Shown here: piece by piece, positions 1-10,729 of the stretch
Numbering within the stretch: position 1 is the first letter of the stretch
How the letters are laid out: the number at the start of each line of letters is the position of its first letter
DNA from: an uncultured Clostridia bacterium
Lineage (GTDB): Bacteria > Bacillota > Clostridia > TANB77 > CAG-508
Direction: 5' to 3'
DNA length: 64,000 nt
NCBI GenBank assembly: GCA_963558405.1
Contig: CAUWGC010000006.1
Coordinates: forward strand, 23,489 to 87,488
Notes under the pieces: generated by a model
What the model saw: only the letters and a program-made list of their open reading frames with translations
The model's database searches: none
What the model was told of the DNA's origin: nothing
Program-made: the position numbers and the translations under genes

Positions 1-255
1 TCTTCTATAATTCTTTTTAGCCTTATATTTGTAAACAATGATTTTTTTACCTTTGCCATGAGCTACTACAGTTCCTTCTACTTTAACACCTTTTACATAA
101 GGAGCTCCAACTTCGATTTTTTCTCCGTTAGCAACTAATATTACTTTATCAAAAGTAACTTTTTTTCCTTCTTCTGTATCTAGTTTTTCAAAGAAAACTA
201 CATCACCTTCAGTAACTTTATATTGTTTACCACAGCTTTCGATTATTGCGTACAT
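1..255 (-). CDS. rplU: 50S ribosomal protein L21 (5' part; runs off window edge)
   Basis: Manual translation [25 protein letters not shown]...; GGAGGTG RBS upstream. Confidence 0.95.
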   Translation of the reverse strand, partial: MYAIIESCGKQYKVTEGDVVFFEKLDTEEGKKVTFDKVILVANGEKIEVGAPYVKGVKVEGTVVAHGKGKKIIVYKYKAKKNYRR

Positions 256-261
256 CTATTG

Positions 262-352
262 TACACCTCCCTTATATGTATACTCGCTAATCCAAAATCT
301 AAGGTAGTTAGTATATCTAACATTTAGGTACCACGACTAAGCGGATTACAGG
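262..352 (-). ncRNA. Putative L21-leader cis-regulatory RNA
   Basis: ~90-nt 5' UTR between promoter and rplU RBS, with CCGC...GCGAGT elements recalled from Firmicutes L21 leaders; no covariance model run. Confidence 0.55.
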
Positions 353-357
353 TATAT

Positions 358-386
358 ATTCTACCATACTATATGATTATTGTCAA
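358..386 (-). promoter_or_regulatory. Sigma-A promoter of rplU
   Basis: TTGACA-17 nt-TAGAAT with TG extended -10. Confidence 0.8.
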
Positions 387-406
387 CCCTTTGAAGATAT
401 AGACAT

Positions 407-1648
407 TTACATTTTCCAATATTCTTCATACAATTTTTTTGCTGTTTCTGGACTGTCTTTTCCTTCTGCATTTTTTACCGGTGCAAAATTTTCTTCTCTT
501 TTATCTCTTAATATAGAAATATCATTTACTAATTCAAAACTATCAAACATAAAGCTTTCAAATTTAAATGCATTAGGTTCTGTTACTTTTACTAAATTTC
601 CATTATCATCTAAATAATTTGCTTTTTTATATGCTTTATGATATGGTAATTTTTTTTCTGCTATTTTCTTTAATAAATCTAAGCTAAATAAATTACATAT
701 AATATTACTGTCTCCAAATAGTAATTCTCCATTTTTATCTACCGCTTCTGCCATATTACCTGGAAATTCTGTATATTCTATAATAGCAGGTTTTCCATTC
801 TTTTTGCAATATACTCCTACTTTTTCTGATGGATATGCTTTTTTAGTAGATTTTGCACCAATTAAATTGTTTTGGGCAATAGTAATTCCTATTACCATTG
901 GATCTGCCATTTGTAATAAAACATTATCTACTCCACCAATAAATACCCATTTTGTCCCTTCTTTTTCCATTTTTTCTAATAAGTTATGTTTTTTCAATGA
1001 TTCAAATATTCCACCATTTCCATCTGATGCTTCTTTTATATTTCCGTTTTCATCTAATAATAATTTTCCTTGTTCACTAATTAAAGGAAGTTCACCTTGT
1101 GCAAAAAATGTTATTTTTTCCTTTGGATAATCAAAATAATTTTTTTCTTCAAAAAAATCTACTGTTTCTTGATTATTTTCTCTACTTGTCATAACATACC
1201 AAGGAATTACTGTATTATATTTTTCATTTGCTAATTTTAAATTATCTGCTAATATTTCAAATAAATATTTTCCGTTTTTACCTACTTGTAATTTAAATTT
1301 TCCTTTTGGTCCATTACATCCAAGTCTTGTTCCTTGTCCCCCAGCCATTGTTGCTACTGCATACTCTCCATTTTTTATAATTTCTTCGCCTAATTTTATA
1401 TATTTTTCTTTTTCTTCTTTGTTTATACTTTCTTTATTTATAGATTTTACTGGCTCTATTTTTACATTTTTAAATTCCACAGGTTCTAATGCTTTTCTAT
1501 ATAAATTCATTATTTCTTCAATGTCAATTCTTAATATTTGTTCTTCTAACTCTTTTCTTTTTTCTTCTGTACATGTTGATAAATAGGATAAGATATGCTC
1601 TTGATTATATTCTTTTAATTTTTTTTCTGCCATTTCTTTATTTCCCAT
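407..1648 (-). CDS. UDP-N-acetylhexosamine/UDP-glucose pyrophosphorylase (UDPGP type 1 family)
   Basis: MAGGQGTRLG..GPKG, DGNGG, FKFESF and FAPVKN motifs. Confidence 0.88.
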   Translation of the reverse strand: MGNKEMAEKKLKEYNQEHILSYLSTCTEEKRKELEEQILRIDIEEIMNLYRKALEPVEFKNVKIEPVKSINKESINKEEKEKYIKLGEEIIKNGEYAVATMAGGQGTRLGCNGPKGKFKLQVGKNGKYLFEILADNLKLANEKYNTVIPWYVMTSRENNQETVDFFEEKNYFDYPKEKITFFAQGELPLISEQGKLLLDENGNIKEASDGNGGIFESLKKHNLLEKMEKEGTKWVFIGGVDNVLLQMADPMVIGITIAQNNLIGAKSTKKAYPSEKVGVYCKKNGKPAIIEYTEFPGNMAEAVDKNGELLFGDSNIICNLFSLDLLKKIAEKKLPYHKAYKKANYLDDNGNLVKVTEPNAFKFESFMFDSFELVNDISILRDKREENFAPVKNAEGKDSPETAKKLYEEYWKM

Positions 1649-1802
1649 TTGCTTTCAACCCCTCTACTAAAATTTATCGTTTGTATTTTACCATATCTGA
1701 AAAAAAAAAGCAATTTTTAAAATTTAAGGAATATTATCACTAACTTTTAATATACATTAATTAAAGTGATGTACAAACATTTTTTAAGGGGGTAAATAAT
1801 AA

Positions 1803-3281
1803 ATGGAAACTTTAAATCTTTATCAAGATATAGCAAAACGAACTGATGGTGACATTTATGTTGGGGTGGTTGGGCCTGTTAGAACAGGAAAGTCTACTTT
1901 TATTAAAAACTTTATGGATTTATTAGTCATTCCTAATATTGAAAATGATTACAAAAAAGAAAGAGCTAAAGATGAACTTCCACAAAGTGCAGCTGGTAGA
2001 ACAATTATGACAACAGAACCAAAATTTGTTCCAAATGAAGCTGTATCCATTACAGTTGGAGAAAATCTAAATTTAAAAGTTAGATTAGTTGATTGTGTAG
2101 GCTATCTTGTTAATAATGCTATTGGTTATTTAGAAGATGATATGCCAAGGATGGTAAAAACGCCTTGGTTTGAGGAAGAAATTCCTTTTGAACAAGCAGC
2201 AGAAATAGGTACTAAAAAAGTAATTGAGGAACATTCTACCATTGGTGTATTAATTACAACAGATGGATCCATTACAGATATTCCAAGAGAAGACTACATA
2301 GAAGCAGAACAAAGAGTTGTAAAAGAATTAAAAGAACTTAATAAACCTTTTGTAATAGTTCTAAATTCTGAAAATCCTAATTCTGATTATACAAAACAAT
2401 TAGCTAAAAAACTAGAAGAAAAATATGCTACTTATGTTATTCCTACTAATTGCTCAAATCTTTGTATGAATGATATTGAAGAAATTTTTGGAAAGATGTT
2501 ATATGAATTTCCTATTGATAGAATAAATGTTAATTTTCCTAAATGGGTAGACAGTTTAAATGATGAACATTGGTTAAAACAAGAATTGTATAACGAAATA
2601 AAAGAATCTTTTTCTAATATTAAGGTTTTAAAAGAAGTCAACTCTTGCCTTGCTGGTATCCAACAAACAGAAGTAATTGAAAAAAGTATTATAGAAGAAA
2701 TTTCCTTAGGAACTGGAGCTGTTACTTTATCTGTAGTTTTAAAAGATAATTTATTCTATCAAATCTTAACCGAAATTTCTGGGGTAGAAATTTCTAATGA
2801 AGGTGATTTATTTTCTACAATTACAAATCTTGCTATTGCAAAAAAAGAATATGATAAAATTGCATATGCTATGGAAGAAGTAAAAGCTAAAGGATATGGA
2901 ATTGTTACTCCTACAATGGATGAACTTATTTTAGATGAACCCCAAATGGTAAAACAAGGATCACGCTTTGGTGTAAAATTAAAGGCAAAAGCACCATCTA
3001 TACATATGATAAGAGCAGATATTGAAACAGAAGTATCTCCTATTGTTGGATCTGAAAAGCAATCAGAAGAATTAGTAAATTATTTGTTATCTGAATTTGA
3101 GTCTGATCCAAAGAAAATTTGGGAATCAAATATTTTTGGAAAAAGTTTACACGCTCTTGTAAACGAAGGTCTACAAAACAAGTTGTGTAAAATGCCAGAG
3201 GATGCTCAAGAAAAATTAAGAGAAACCTTAGAAAGAATTGTAAATGAAGGAAGTGGCGGTTTAATTTGCATTATTCTTTAA
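1803..3281 (+). CDS. spoIVA: Stage IV sporulation protein A
   Basis: 492 aa; GVVGPVRTGKSTFIK, TTEPKFVP, C-terminal GSGGLICIIL. Confidence 0.97.
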   Translation: METLNLYQDIAKRTDGDIYVGVVGPVRTGKSTFIKNFMDLLVIPNIENDYKKERAKDELPQSAAGRTIMTTEPKFVPNEAVSITVGENLNLKVRLVDCVGYLVNNAIGYLEDDMPRMVKTPWFEEEIPFEQAAEIGTKKVIEEHSTIGVLITTDGSITDIPREDYIEAEQRVVKELKELNKPFVIVLNSENPNSDYTKQLAKKLEEKYATYVIPTNCSNLCMNDIEEIFGKMLYEFPIDRINVNFPKWVDSLNDEHWLKQELYNEIKESFSNIKVLKEVNSCLAGIQQTEVIEKSIIEEISLGTGAVTLSVVLKDNLFYQILTEISGVEISNEGDLFSTITNLAIAKKEYDKIAYAMEEVKAKGYGIVTPTMDELILDEPQMVKQGSRFGVKLKAKAPSIHMIRADIETEVSPIVGSEKQSEELVNYLLSEFESDPKKIWESNIFGKSLHALVNEGLQNKLCKMPEDAQEKLRETLERIVNEGSGGLICIIL

Positions 3282-3317
3282 ATTTTATTTTGCTTTGTGA
3301 TCATTAAAATTATTTTA

Positions 3318-3358
3318 GAATGATGGAGGGTGTCTTGTAAATATCCCCTTCATCATTC
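3318..3358. terminator. Hairpin between convergent genes
   Basis: GAATGATGGAGGG...CCCCTTCATCATTC inverted repeat. Confidence 0.55.
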
Positions 3359-3497
3359 ATTAACTATTATTAAATAATGATTTTATAATTTAAAATATGG
3401 CTTGCATTAATAATTTGATTTATTTTCATATTATATTTCATAAATTTCCTCAGCTATTCCATATGTTTTGCCTCCATCAGGCTCTTGCGTTTCAACA

Positions 3498-4016
3498 CTA
3501 GTACAAATAATCATGTATTTTATCTCTAAAACCAATTACAATATCTGCTCCTCTATAGGCGGTTTTTCCAGCAAGTCCATTAACATTATTATCTTTTGAA
3601 CCATAACAACTTGTATATAAAACCAATATAGTATCTGCATCCCAATGTACATCATCTGTTCCTATATGATCTATTCCAATCCAATTCTGACTTGCACCAG
3701 CTAGGATACCTGTATCAGCAAATGTAATTCTATCCCAATCACCATGTGATAAAAATATTTGTACATCTGCATATAAATTTTCCCATAATGTTTGTTTTGA
3801 AGGGTCTATATTTCCTCCAGTTCTATAGCCAGCTTTTCCCATAAAATATCTAGTATCGCTTATTGTTTGATTAGCTATGTTTTGCTTTGTTGTATAGGAT
3901 GATGCTGAATATGCATAATTATCTCTTGCGTATATTTTATAATTCAAACTAGCTATCAATATACTAAGCATTAGCAACATAATGATTAAGACATACACAA
4001 TTTTTCTCAATTTCAT
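3498..4016 (-). CDS. Hypothetical exported protein, possibly truncated
   Basis: Signal-peptide-like N-terminus, GGAGGAGG RBS; abrupt end. Confidence 0.6.
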   Translation of the reverse strand: MKLRKIVYVLIIMLLMLSILIASLNYKIYARDNYAYSASSYTTKQNIANQTISDTRYFMGKAGYRTGGNIDPSKQTLWENLYADVQIFLSHGDWDRITFADTGILAGASQNWIGIDHIGTDDVHWDADTILVLYTSCYGSKDNNVNGLAGKTAYRGADIVIGFRDKIHDYLY

Positions 4017-4066
4017 AAAATACCTCCTCCTATAATATATTTATATCAAATTATTAATGCTCTACA

Positions 4067-4564
4067 TTATAAATCATTAATGTTTAATTTTTCATTTCCT
4101 ATATAAACATTTCTATTTCCGTCAAAACTATTCATCTTAATAATAGATAGTGCTTTATATTTGTACTGTACACTTCCTCCATCTAAAAAGGTATGTTTAG
4201 ATGCTATTTCATTTTTGTAGTCATTTTCTGCTTGTTCTATTACTTCATCTATTGTAATAGTCTTATTTATTAAACTATTTCTTAACTCAATCTCTTTTCC
4301 TTTATAATTTATGTAAAATTCTTCGTTCCCCAAAAATATTATATCGAACTTTTCTAAATCTATTACATAGCTTATCGATTCATTCGTCTCTTTTATCTCA
4401 TTTCCTTCTGATGAATAAGTATAGATTTCAGATATTTGGTTGGTTTGCAATGAAGTATTTGTTACTTCTTTTTTACCAAATTCATTATACCCAATTTCTA
4501 CTCCAATCAAAATTAAGATTACTATAAAAAAGATACTTAAAATAATTTTCTTATTTTTTTTCAT
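4067..4564 (-). CDS. Hypothetical membrane-anchored protein
   Basis: Basic N-terminus plus a single hydrophobic helix; RBS. Confidence 0.65.
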   Translation of the reverse strand: MKKNKKIILSIFFIVILILIGVEIGYNEFGKKEVTNTSLQTNQISEIYTYSSEGNEIKETNESISYVIDLEKFDIIFLGNEEFYINYKGKEIELRNSLINKTITIDEVIEQAENDYKNEIASKHTFLDGGSVQYKYKALSIIKMNSFDGNRNVYIGNEKLNINDL

Positions 4565-4617
4565 AATTTTTTCCTCCCTTTTTATATAGAAAAATAAATT
4601 TACTTTTTTCTACTTTC

Positions 4618-5373
4618 TTATTTTTTATTAGACAATTTTACTTTAAGTTTTTGTTGACTTTTTTTAAAAATTTTGTAATAAATAATTGAACTAATAATAC
4701 ATACTATTGTGATAATAAATAATATCATAGATAATATTGTAAATTTATATTCATGCTTCCATATTATATTTGATTCTCCCAAAGTATTTTGTGAGGAATT
4801 CACTGTTTCGCATTTTATACTACTTACCCCCATAAATAGTGCAACAACTCCTAACATTGATAAATCTATTGATTTTTTTAGTACTTCTATTGATCTATAA
4901 TATTTCCATTGAACAGTTCCTATTGGTATATTCAGACATTTTGATATTTCCTTAAATGTAAAATCCGCAAAAATTTTTAGTGAAACAATTTCTTTTTCCG
5001 TACTATTTAATTTATCAAAAATTTTATTGTATGTTTCTATAAATTCAATATCGGAAAATTTAGTTTCTGCCATACTTATTTCATATAGCTCTTCAACATT
5101 TATATTTTTTTGTGTCTTTTTAAGAAAGTTTAATGCTTCATTTTTTACAACTGTATATATCCAGCTAACTTCATTGTGACTTGGTAATTGTTCTTTTTTC
5201 ATTTTCATTAATTTCAACATTACATTTTGTTGTATATCCTTACTATCTTCAGAATTTTTTACAATAGAATATGCTATTTTAAAAATCATTCCCTTACAAA
5301 TATAATATAACTCTTCATAATCTTCTTTTCCTTCCTTTAATTTCAATATTATTTTATGTAACTCTTTTTCCAT
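4618..5373 (-). CDS. ECF-type sigma-70 factor with C-terminal transmembrane extension
   Basis: Region 2 (DSKDIQQNV, SWIYTVVKNEALN), region 4 (TFKEISKCLNIPIGTVQW), hydrophobic C-terminal helices. Confidence 0.8.
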   Translation of the reverse strand: MEKELHKIILKLKEGKEDYEELYYICKGMIFKIAYSIVKNSEDSKDIQQNVMLKLMKMKKEQLPSHNEVSWIYTVVKNEALNFLKKTQKNINVEELYEISMAETKFSDIEFIETYNKIFDKLNSTEKEIVSLKIFADFTFKEISKCLNIPIGTVQWKYYRSIEVLKKSIDLSMLGVVALFMGVSSIKCETVNSSQNTLGESNIIWKHEYKFTILSMILFIITIVCIISSIIYYKIFKKSQQKLKVKLSNKK

Positions 5374-5434
5374 TTTTCTTCCTTTTCCCCCTTTTTTATT
5401 ATATTATACTTCATCCTATTTCTTCCGTATATAG

Positions 5435-5464
5435 AAAAAAAGAGGTTTTAACACCTCTTTTTTT
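5435..5464 (-). terminator. Rho-independent terminator after spoVG
   Basis: AAAAAAAGAGG-TTTTAACA-CCTCTTTTTTT. Confidence 0.75.
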
Positions 5465-5473
5465 ATTTTATAT

Positions 5474-5746
5474 TTATTCTGCTGAACCTTCTGCTTCTGG
5501 AGCTTCATAAGCTTCTAGAATAGCTTTTTGAATTTTTTCTCTTGTCTCAGCATTGATTGGATGAGCTATATCCTTGAATTCTCCGTTTGGAGTTTTTCTG
5601 CTTGGCATAGCAATAAATAATCCATTTTGACTTTCGATAACTTTGATATCATGAATTACGAATTCATTATCGAATGTCACAGAAGCAACAGCTTTCATTC
5701 TGTTCTCTGAATTTACTTTTCTTAAACGTACATCTGTTATTTGCAT
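5474..5746 (-). CDS. spoVG: Septation/regulatory protein SpoVG
   Basis: MQITDVRLR...[10 protein letters not shown]...FKDIAHPI. Confidence 0.97.
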   Translation of the reverse strand: MQITDVRLRKVNSENRMKAVASVTFDNEFVIHDIKVIESQNGLFIAMPSRKTPNGEFKDIAHPINAETREKIQKAILEAYEAPEAEGSAE

Positions 5747-6091
5747 CTTAGTGCACCGCCTTCCAAAGTTTTATAATTTTTATTGTACATGTTTTTCTTA
5801 TGTACAATAATATTATTCTCCAAAAAAACTTATTTTCCTTCTATTTTTTACAAAAATTTAAAATTTATTTTTTCGTTTTATTTTAATTGAATTTTTTTCA
5901 CATATCCTGTGTATAATACATATGATAATATATAGTAATATTTTATATTTAATTACTTTTGATATACAATAAATAGCAAAATAATATTGAAATATTTATA
6001 ATATAAGTATATAATCTTTAGAGTCATTATTAACATTGATTATATAGATTAAACATTTTATTTTTATAAATTAGGAAGGACGTGCACTATC

Positions 6092-7480
6092 TTGGCTAAC
6101 ATAGACTTTTTTAAACAATTTAAAAGAATACATATGATTGGAATTGGCGGTATTAGTATGAGTGGTATTGCAGAAATACTAAAAAACTGGGGTTTTACTG
6201 TTACAGGTTCTGACGTTGATTCATCTGAAATTACAGAAAAATTATTACAAAACAATATTAAAGTAACAGTTGGTCATAACTTAGAAGATGTTGCTTCTTC
6301 TGATGTTGTTGTTTATAGTGCTGCTATTAAAGATAACGACCCTGAAATATTAGAAGCAAAAAGACTAGGTAAACCAATTATAGAAAGATGTGATTTTTTA
6401 GGAGAAATTACAAAAGCTTATACAAATACTATTGGAGTTTCAGGAACACATGGAAAAACAACAACCACTTCCATGATTTCTCTTTGTTTTTTAGAAGCTT
6501 GCTATGATCCAACCATACAAGTAGGTGCTATTTTAAAACAAATAGATGGTAACTACAGAGTTGGAAATAGTGAATATTGTATTATAGAAGCTTGCGAATA
6601 TGTTGAAAGTTTTTTAAAATTTTTTCCAAAAGCAGAAGTTATATTAAATATAGATAATGATCATTTAGATTATTTTAAAACTTTTGAAAATATAAAAAAA
6701 GCATTTATTAAATATGTAAAATTAATTCCAAAAGATGGCTTACTTGTTATAAACGCAGATGATGATAATTGCCTTGATTTACAAAAAGAAACAGATGCAA
6801 ATATTATTACTTATGGTATATTAAATGATAAAGCTAATTTTACCGCCAAAAATATAAACTACAATAAAGAAGGTTTTCCTTATTTTGATGTATATCATAA
6901 TGGAACATTTTATGAAAAAGTTGAGCTTTCTGTCCCAGGAAATCATAATGTTTTAAATGCACTTGCAACTATTTCGGTATGTGACTTTTATGGTATTCCA
7001 AAACAAATTTCTGCAAAAGCACTTTCTAAATTTACTGGTGCACATCGTCGTTTTGAATACGTTGGAAATATACAAGGTGCTAGTATATATGATGATTATG
7101 GTCATCATCCAACAGAAATAAAAGCAACTTTTTCAGCACTAAAACATAAAAATTATAATGAATCATGGGTTGTTTTTCAACCACATACCTATAGTAGAAC
7201 TAAAAATTTAATGGAAGACTTTGCAAAAGCATTGATGGATTTTGATAATATTATTGTTACAGATATTTACGCTGCAAGAGAATCTAATACTTATGGGGTT
7301 ACTTCAAAAGATTTAGTAGAAAAAATAAATTCACTTGGAAAAAATGCTAAATATATTTCTAATTTTGATGAAATTGTTTCATTTTTAAATAATAATATAA
7401 AATCTGATGACATTATTCTTACTTTAGGAGCTGGAACAGTTACAAATATTGGACCAATGTTATTAAATAGCAAAAAATAA
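6092..7480 (+). CDS. murC: UDP-N-acetylmuramate--L-alanine ligase
   Basis: IGIGGISMSG, GTHGKTTT, DDYGHHPTE, FQPHTYSRT; TTG start. Confidence 0.95.
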   Translation: MANIDFFKQFKRIHMIGIGGISMSGIAEILKNWGFTVTGSDVDSSEITEKLLQNNIKVTVGHNLEDVASSDVVVYSAAIKDNDPEILEAKRLGKPIIERCDFLGEITKAYTNTIGVSGTHGKTTTTSMISLCFLEACYDPTIQVGAILKQIDGNYRVGNSEYCIIEACEYVESFLKFFPKAEVILNIDNDHLDYFKTFENIKKAFIKYVKLIPKDGLLVINADDDNCLDLQKETDANIITYGILNDKANFTAKNINYNKEGFPYFDVYHNGTFYEKVELSVPGNHNVLNALATISVCDFYGIPKQISAKALSKFTGAHRRFEYVGNIQGASIYDDYGHHPTEIKATFSALKHKNYNESWVVFQPHTYSRTKNLMEDFAKALMDFDNIIVTDIYAARESNTYGVTSKDLVEKINSLGKNAKYISNFDEIVSFLNNNIKSDDIILTLGAGTVTNIGPMLLNSKK

Positions 7481-7506
7481 AAAGGAAATATCCTTTTTAT
7501 TTTTTT
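7472..7506. terminator. Bidirectional terminator murC/spoIVB
   Basis: AAAAAATAAAAAGGA-AATA-TCCTTTTTATTTTTT. Confidence 0.6.
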
Positions 7507-7511
7507 ACTAC

Positions 7512-8777
7512 TTACTCTACTTGTCTTATTTGTTTTAACATCATATCCCCAAATACACCATATCCAGTAGTAGGATCATTTACTAATACATGCGTAATAG
7601 CACCTACAAATTTTCCATTTTGTAAAATTGGAGATCCACTCATTCCTTGAATAATTCCTCCTGTTTTTTCTAATAACTCTTGATCTACAACTTTTATTAA
7701 CATACTTTTATTATTTATATTATTATTTATAAATTTTTTTTGAATTTCTACTTCATATTCTTTTGGTTTCTTTCCATCTAGTGAACATAATATTGTAGCT
7801 TTTCCTAATTTTATTTCTTCTCTTGATGCTACCTCCACTGCTTTATTTAAATCTACTTCCAAATAATTTGTATTTTGTATTTGTCCATAAATTCCAAAAT
7901 TAGTATTTTTACTTACCTCACCTATTGTTTTACAATTATCAATACTTCCTCTAATTTCTCCTGGTGTTCCTTTTTCTCCTTTTTGTATTGATAATATATT
8001 TGTTGTTACTAATTCACCATTTGCAATTGAGATTAATTCTTCTGTATCAATATCTAAAATTCCATGTCCCAATGCTCCAAAATTTTTAGTACTTGGTTCA
8101 TAAAATGTTGCTGTTCCTACTCCTGCTGCAGTATCCCTTACCCATAGACCTAATTTATATTCATCTTTACCAGTTTTTATTGGTTTCATCTTTGTTTCTA
8201 AAGTATTATCATCACGTATATAAGTAATTTTAATTTCATTTCCTTTGGATGTATTAACATCTTCTATTAAATCAGCTGTACATGTTATTTCTTCTCCATT
8301 AATGTTTGTTATCATATCTCCTTCTCTTATATCTATTCCCTCATATGGTTTATATTTTTTACTATCCTCACCTTGAATTTCGGACATACCTACTACCAAT
8401 ACTCCATTTGTGTATAATTTTAAACCTATACTATTTCCAAGCGGAATTACACTTGTTTTTGGAATAACATTTACAGTTATTTCTTTTACTGGTATTTTAC
8501 CAAACAGATTTAAATTTAGAGTAACTCTTCCAGAATTTTGAGCTGTAGAACCATTTAAAACTTTAGAAACCGTTTGAGCCCCATAAGAATATGAATATGG
8601 TGTTAAGTTAGGATTTGTTGTATCAATTTGTTTAACAGATATACCTAAAATAGTATCTAATTTTAAATTTTCGCCTTGAAATAGAATAAAATTATTGGGC
8701 AAAAAATTTATATAACATATATAAATATAGATACATATTAATATTGTTAAAATTATTATTTTTTTAAATATTTTCAT
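7512..8777 (-). CDS. spoIVB: SpoIVB serine peptidase (S55)
   Basis: LGLWVRDTAAGVGT, ALGHGI, GGIIQGMSGSPILQNGK. Confidence 0.95.
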   Translation of the reverse strand: MKIFKKIIILTILICIYIYICYINFLPNNFILFQGENLKLDTILGISVKQIDTTNPNLTPYSYSYGAQTVSKVLNGSTAQNSGRVTLNLNLFGKIPVKEITVNVIPKTSVIPLGNSIGLKLYTNGVLVVGMSEIQGEDSKKYKPYEGIDIREGDMITNINGEEITCTADLIEDVNTSKGNEIKITYIRDDNTLETKMKPIKTGKDEYKLGLWVRDTAAGVGTATFYEPSTKNFGALGHGILDIDTEELISIANGELVTTNILSIQKGEKGTPGEIRGSIDNCKTIGEVSKNTNFGIYGQIQNTNYLEVDLNKAVEVASREEIKLGKATILCSLDGKKPKEYEVEIQKKFINNNINNKSMLIKVVDQELLEKTGGIIQGMSGSPILQNGKFVGAITHVLVNDPTTGYGVFGDMMLKQIRQVE

Positions 8778-8826
8778 TTAATTATCCTCTTTTCTTTTTA
8801 TTAGGATAACCAATTTTATAAAAAAT

Positions 8827-8862
8827 AAACTATTTAATCTTTAATTTTAGATTAAATAGTTT
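8827..8862 (-). terminator. Hairpin at end of pilus operon
   Basis: AAACTATTTAATCT...AGATTAAATAGTTT inverted repeat. Confidence 0.55.
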
Positions 8863-8914
8863 TTCCTATTTTTAACATTTTTTTAAATTTTATTTAAATT
8901 TAATCATTTTATAT

Positions 8915-10642
8915 TTATTGACCTTCTGCTGTTATTTCATATAAATTTAAATAACTGTTTAATTTATATGCATTATATTTTTCTCTTCCTAATGCAGTAT
9001 AATAGGCCTTCTTTTGTATATCATAACCATCTTCTTCTAATACATCTTCCAATAATTTTTTACCATAATCATATACAACACAATTATAATCTGCTGTACT
9101 ATCTGCAGGATAAAAATAATTAACATCTTCCTCATCATTAACTATAGATTGTCTCATAAAATTTATATTTAAAAAACCTGTTAAATTATTATCTTCTTTT
9201 AGTTGTTCATTTAAAGTATCACATCCTAATTGATGATAAGTTTTTACTCCATTACTTTTATGCACAAAATAAAGAGAATCTCCTGTTACATATTCTTTAT
9301 TAATATTATTAGCTACGATTGTATAACTATTATACATTTTAGTTTGTAAAGGAACACCTTGCATAAAAGCAACTACACATACATTACTAATAACTTTATC
9401 CCACTCTACCTCTGATAGTACTGGAAGAGCATAATTATATGTTGAACCCATTGCTTCTGAATTATCATTATAATTTGATATTGCAACATTTAAATTAGAT
9501 TGAATAGAATTTTTAATAACAGCTCTTCTATGTTCATTAAAAGTACTTCCTTCTTCTTCTGGATCATTTCTAGATGAACATTCAAATATTGGATCTGTTC
9601 CAGTATTATTAAAATCTTCTATGTTGGTATTTTTATATCCCTCTAGTTCTATCTCTTTCATATGATCCTTATTAATTCCATTTAAGTTATTATTTACCCA
9701 AGTTGTAAATTCATATGCTTCTTTATAATAGTCTTTAGCACTATGATCTGATAACTCACCATTAGCTAATTTTTGTAAATCATCTTTACTAATACCATAT
9801 GATGTACTAATACTATCTTCTGTCATCCAGTTTTTTTCATCTGCTACAACTCTAAAAAAGTTATATGTTGTTGTAATTGTATTTCCTCTATAATCTTGAT
9901 AAGTAAAAGTATATCCATTTGGATCATAATATATTTTATTACCATTTATATTTATATATCTATATGTTCCTTTTTTAAACTCTCCACCATCATTTGTTAT
10001 AATAGTTTCTTCTAAATATTCATTATCTATTTCTATACCTTTATATACAACTTTTCCAGTAATTGTAGTATGATCTGGTGAAAATTCTGAGCCTTCTAAT
10101 TTATCTGGATTTATTAAATAACCTGCTTTTGTTACATATTTTCCATTTATCATACCATAAATTACAATTAGATTATCTAATGTGTAGTTTACAACAAAGT
10201 CTGTATCATTACCTTTAACATATCTCGCAGAATAGTATATGTATGGTTTTAGTCCAGGTGCAATTATTCCATTATACGTATTTTTATATGGAGTATATAT
10301 ATAATATCCATCATATAATGTATATACTAAAGCTGGAATATAAGGTTCCAAAGAATATTTATTTGATTCTCCATAACCTAAACTTGTACCCAATGAATTA
10401 AAAAAGGTATTAATAGATGCTTCAATATCTCTAATTTTAGAATCACTAACACTAGAATAATTATTTGATGTTGTATTTAGTTGAAACGCTTTTATAGCGT
10501 CATGAACTGCATTGTATAGCTTGGTATCATAACTATTTTGCATAGCAATTGTATCTACATTAGCATTTACATACATCGAAAGTGCAAGTGATATTGGGAC
10601 AATGATAACAACAAATATAATAGCTAAATTTTGTATTTTCAT
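8915..10642 (-). CDS. Large Tad-locus protein with N-terminal TM helix (putative minor pilin/adhesin)
   Basis: Hydrophobic N-terminus; last gene of the CpaB/CpaF/TadBC-like operon. Confidence 0.6.
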   Translation of the reverse strand: MKIQNLAIIFVVIIVPISLALSMYVNANVDTIAMQNSYDTKLYNAVHDAIKAFQLNTTSNNYSSVSDSKIRDIEASINTFFNSLGTSLGYGESNKYSLEPYIPALVYTLYDGYYIYTPYKNTYNGIIAPGLKPYIYYSARYVKGNDTDFVVNYTLDNLIVIYGMINGKYVTKAGYLINPDKLEGSEFSPDHTTITGKVVYKGIEIDNEYLEETIITNDGGEFKKGTYRYININGNKIYYDPNGYTFTYQDYRGNTITTTYNFFRVVADEKNWMTEDSISTSYGISKDDLQKLANGELSDHSAKDYYKEAYEFTTWVNNNLNGINKDHMKEIELEGYKNTNIEDFNNTGTDPIFECSSRNDPEEEGSTFNEHRRAVIKNSIQSNLNVAISNYNDNSEAMGSTYNYALPVLSEVEWDKVISNVCVVAFMQGVPLQTKMYNSYTIVANNINKEYVTGDSLYFVHKSNGVKTYHQLGCDTLNEQLKEDNNLTGFLNINFMRQSIVNDEEDVNYFYPADSTADYNCVVYDYGKKLLEDVLEEDGYDIQKKAYYTALGREKYNAYKLNSYLNLYEITAEGQ

Positions 10643-10729
10643 TTTTTGTCCTCCTGCTTTATTTTAAAAAAATAGAATATCTTTTCTATGCTTTAAAAGA
10701 AAATATATTCTACTCCATTATATGTATTA

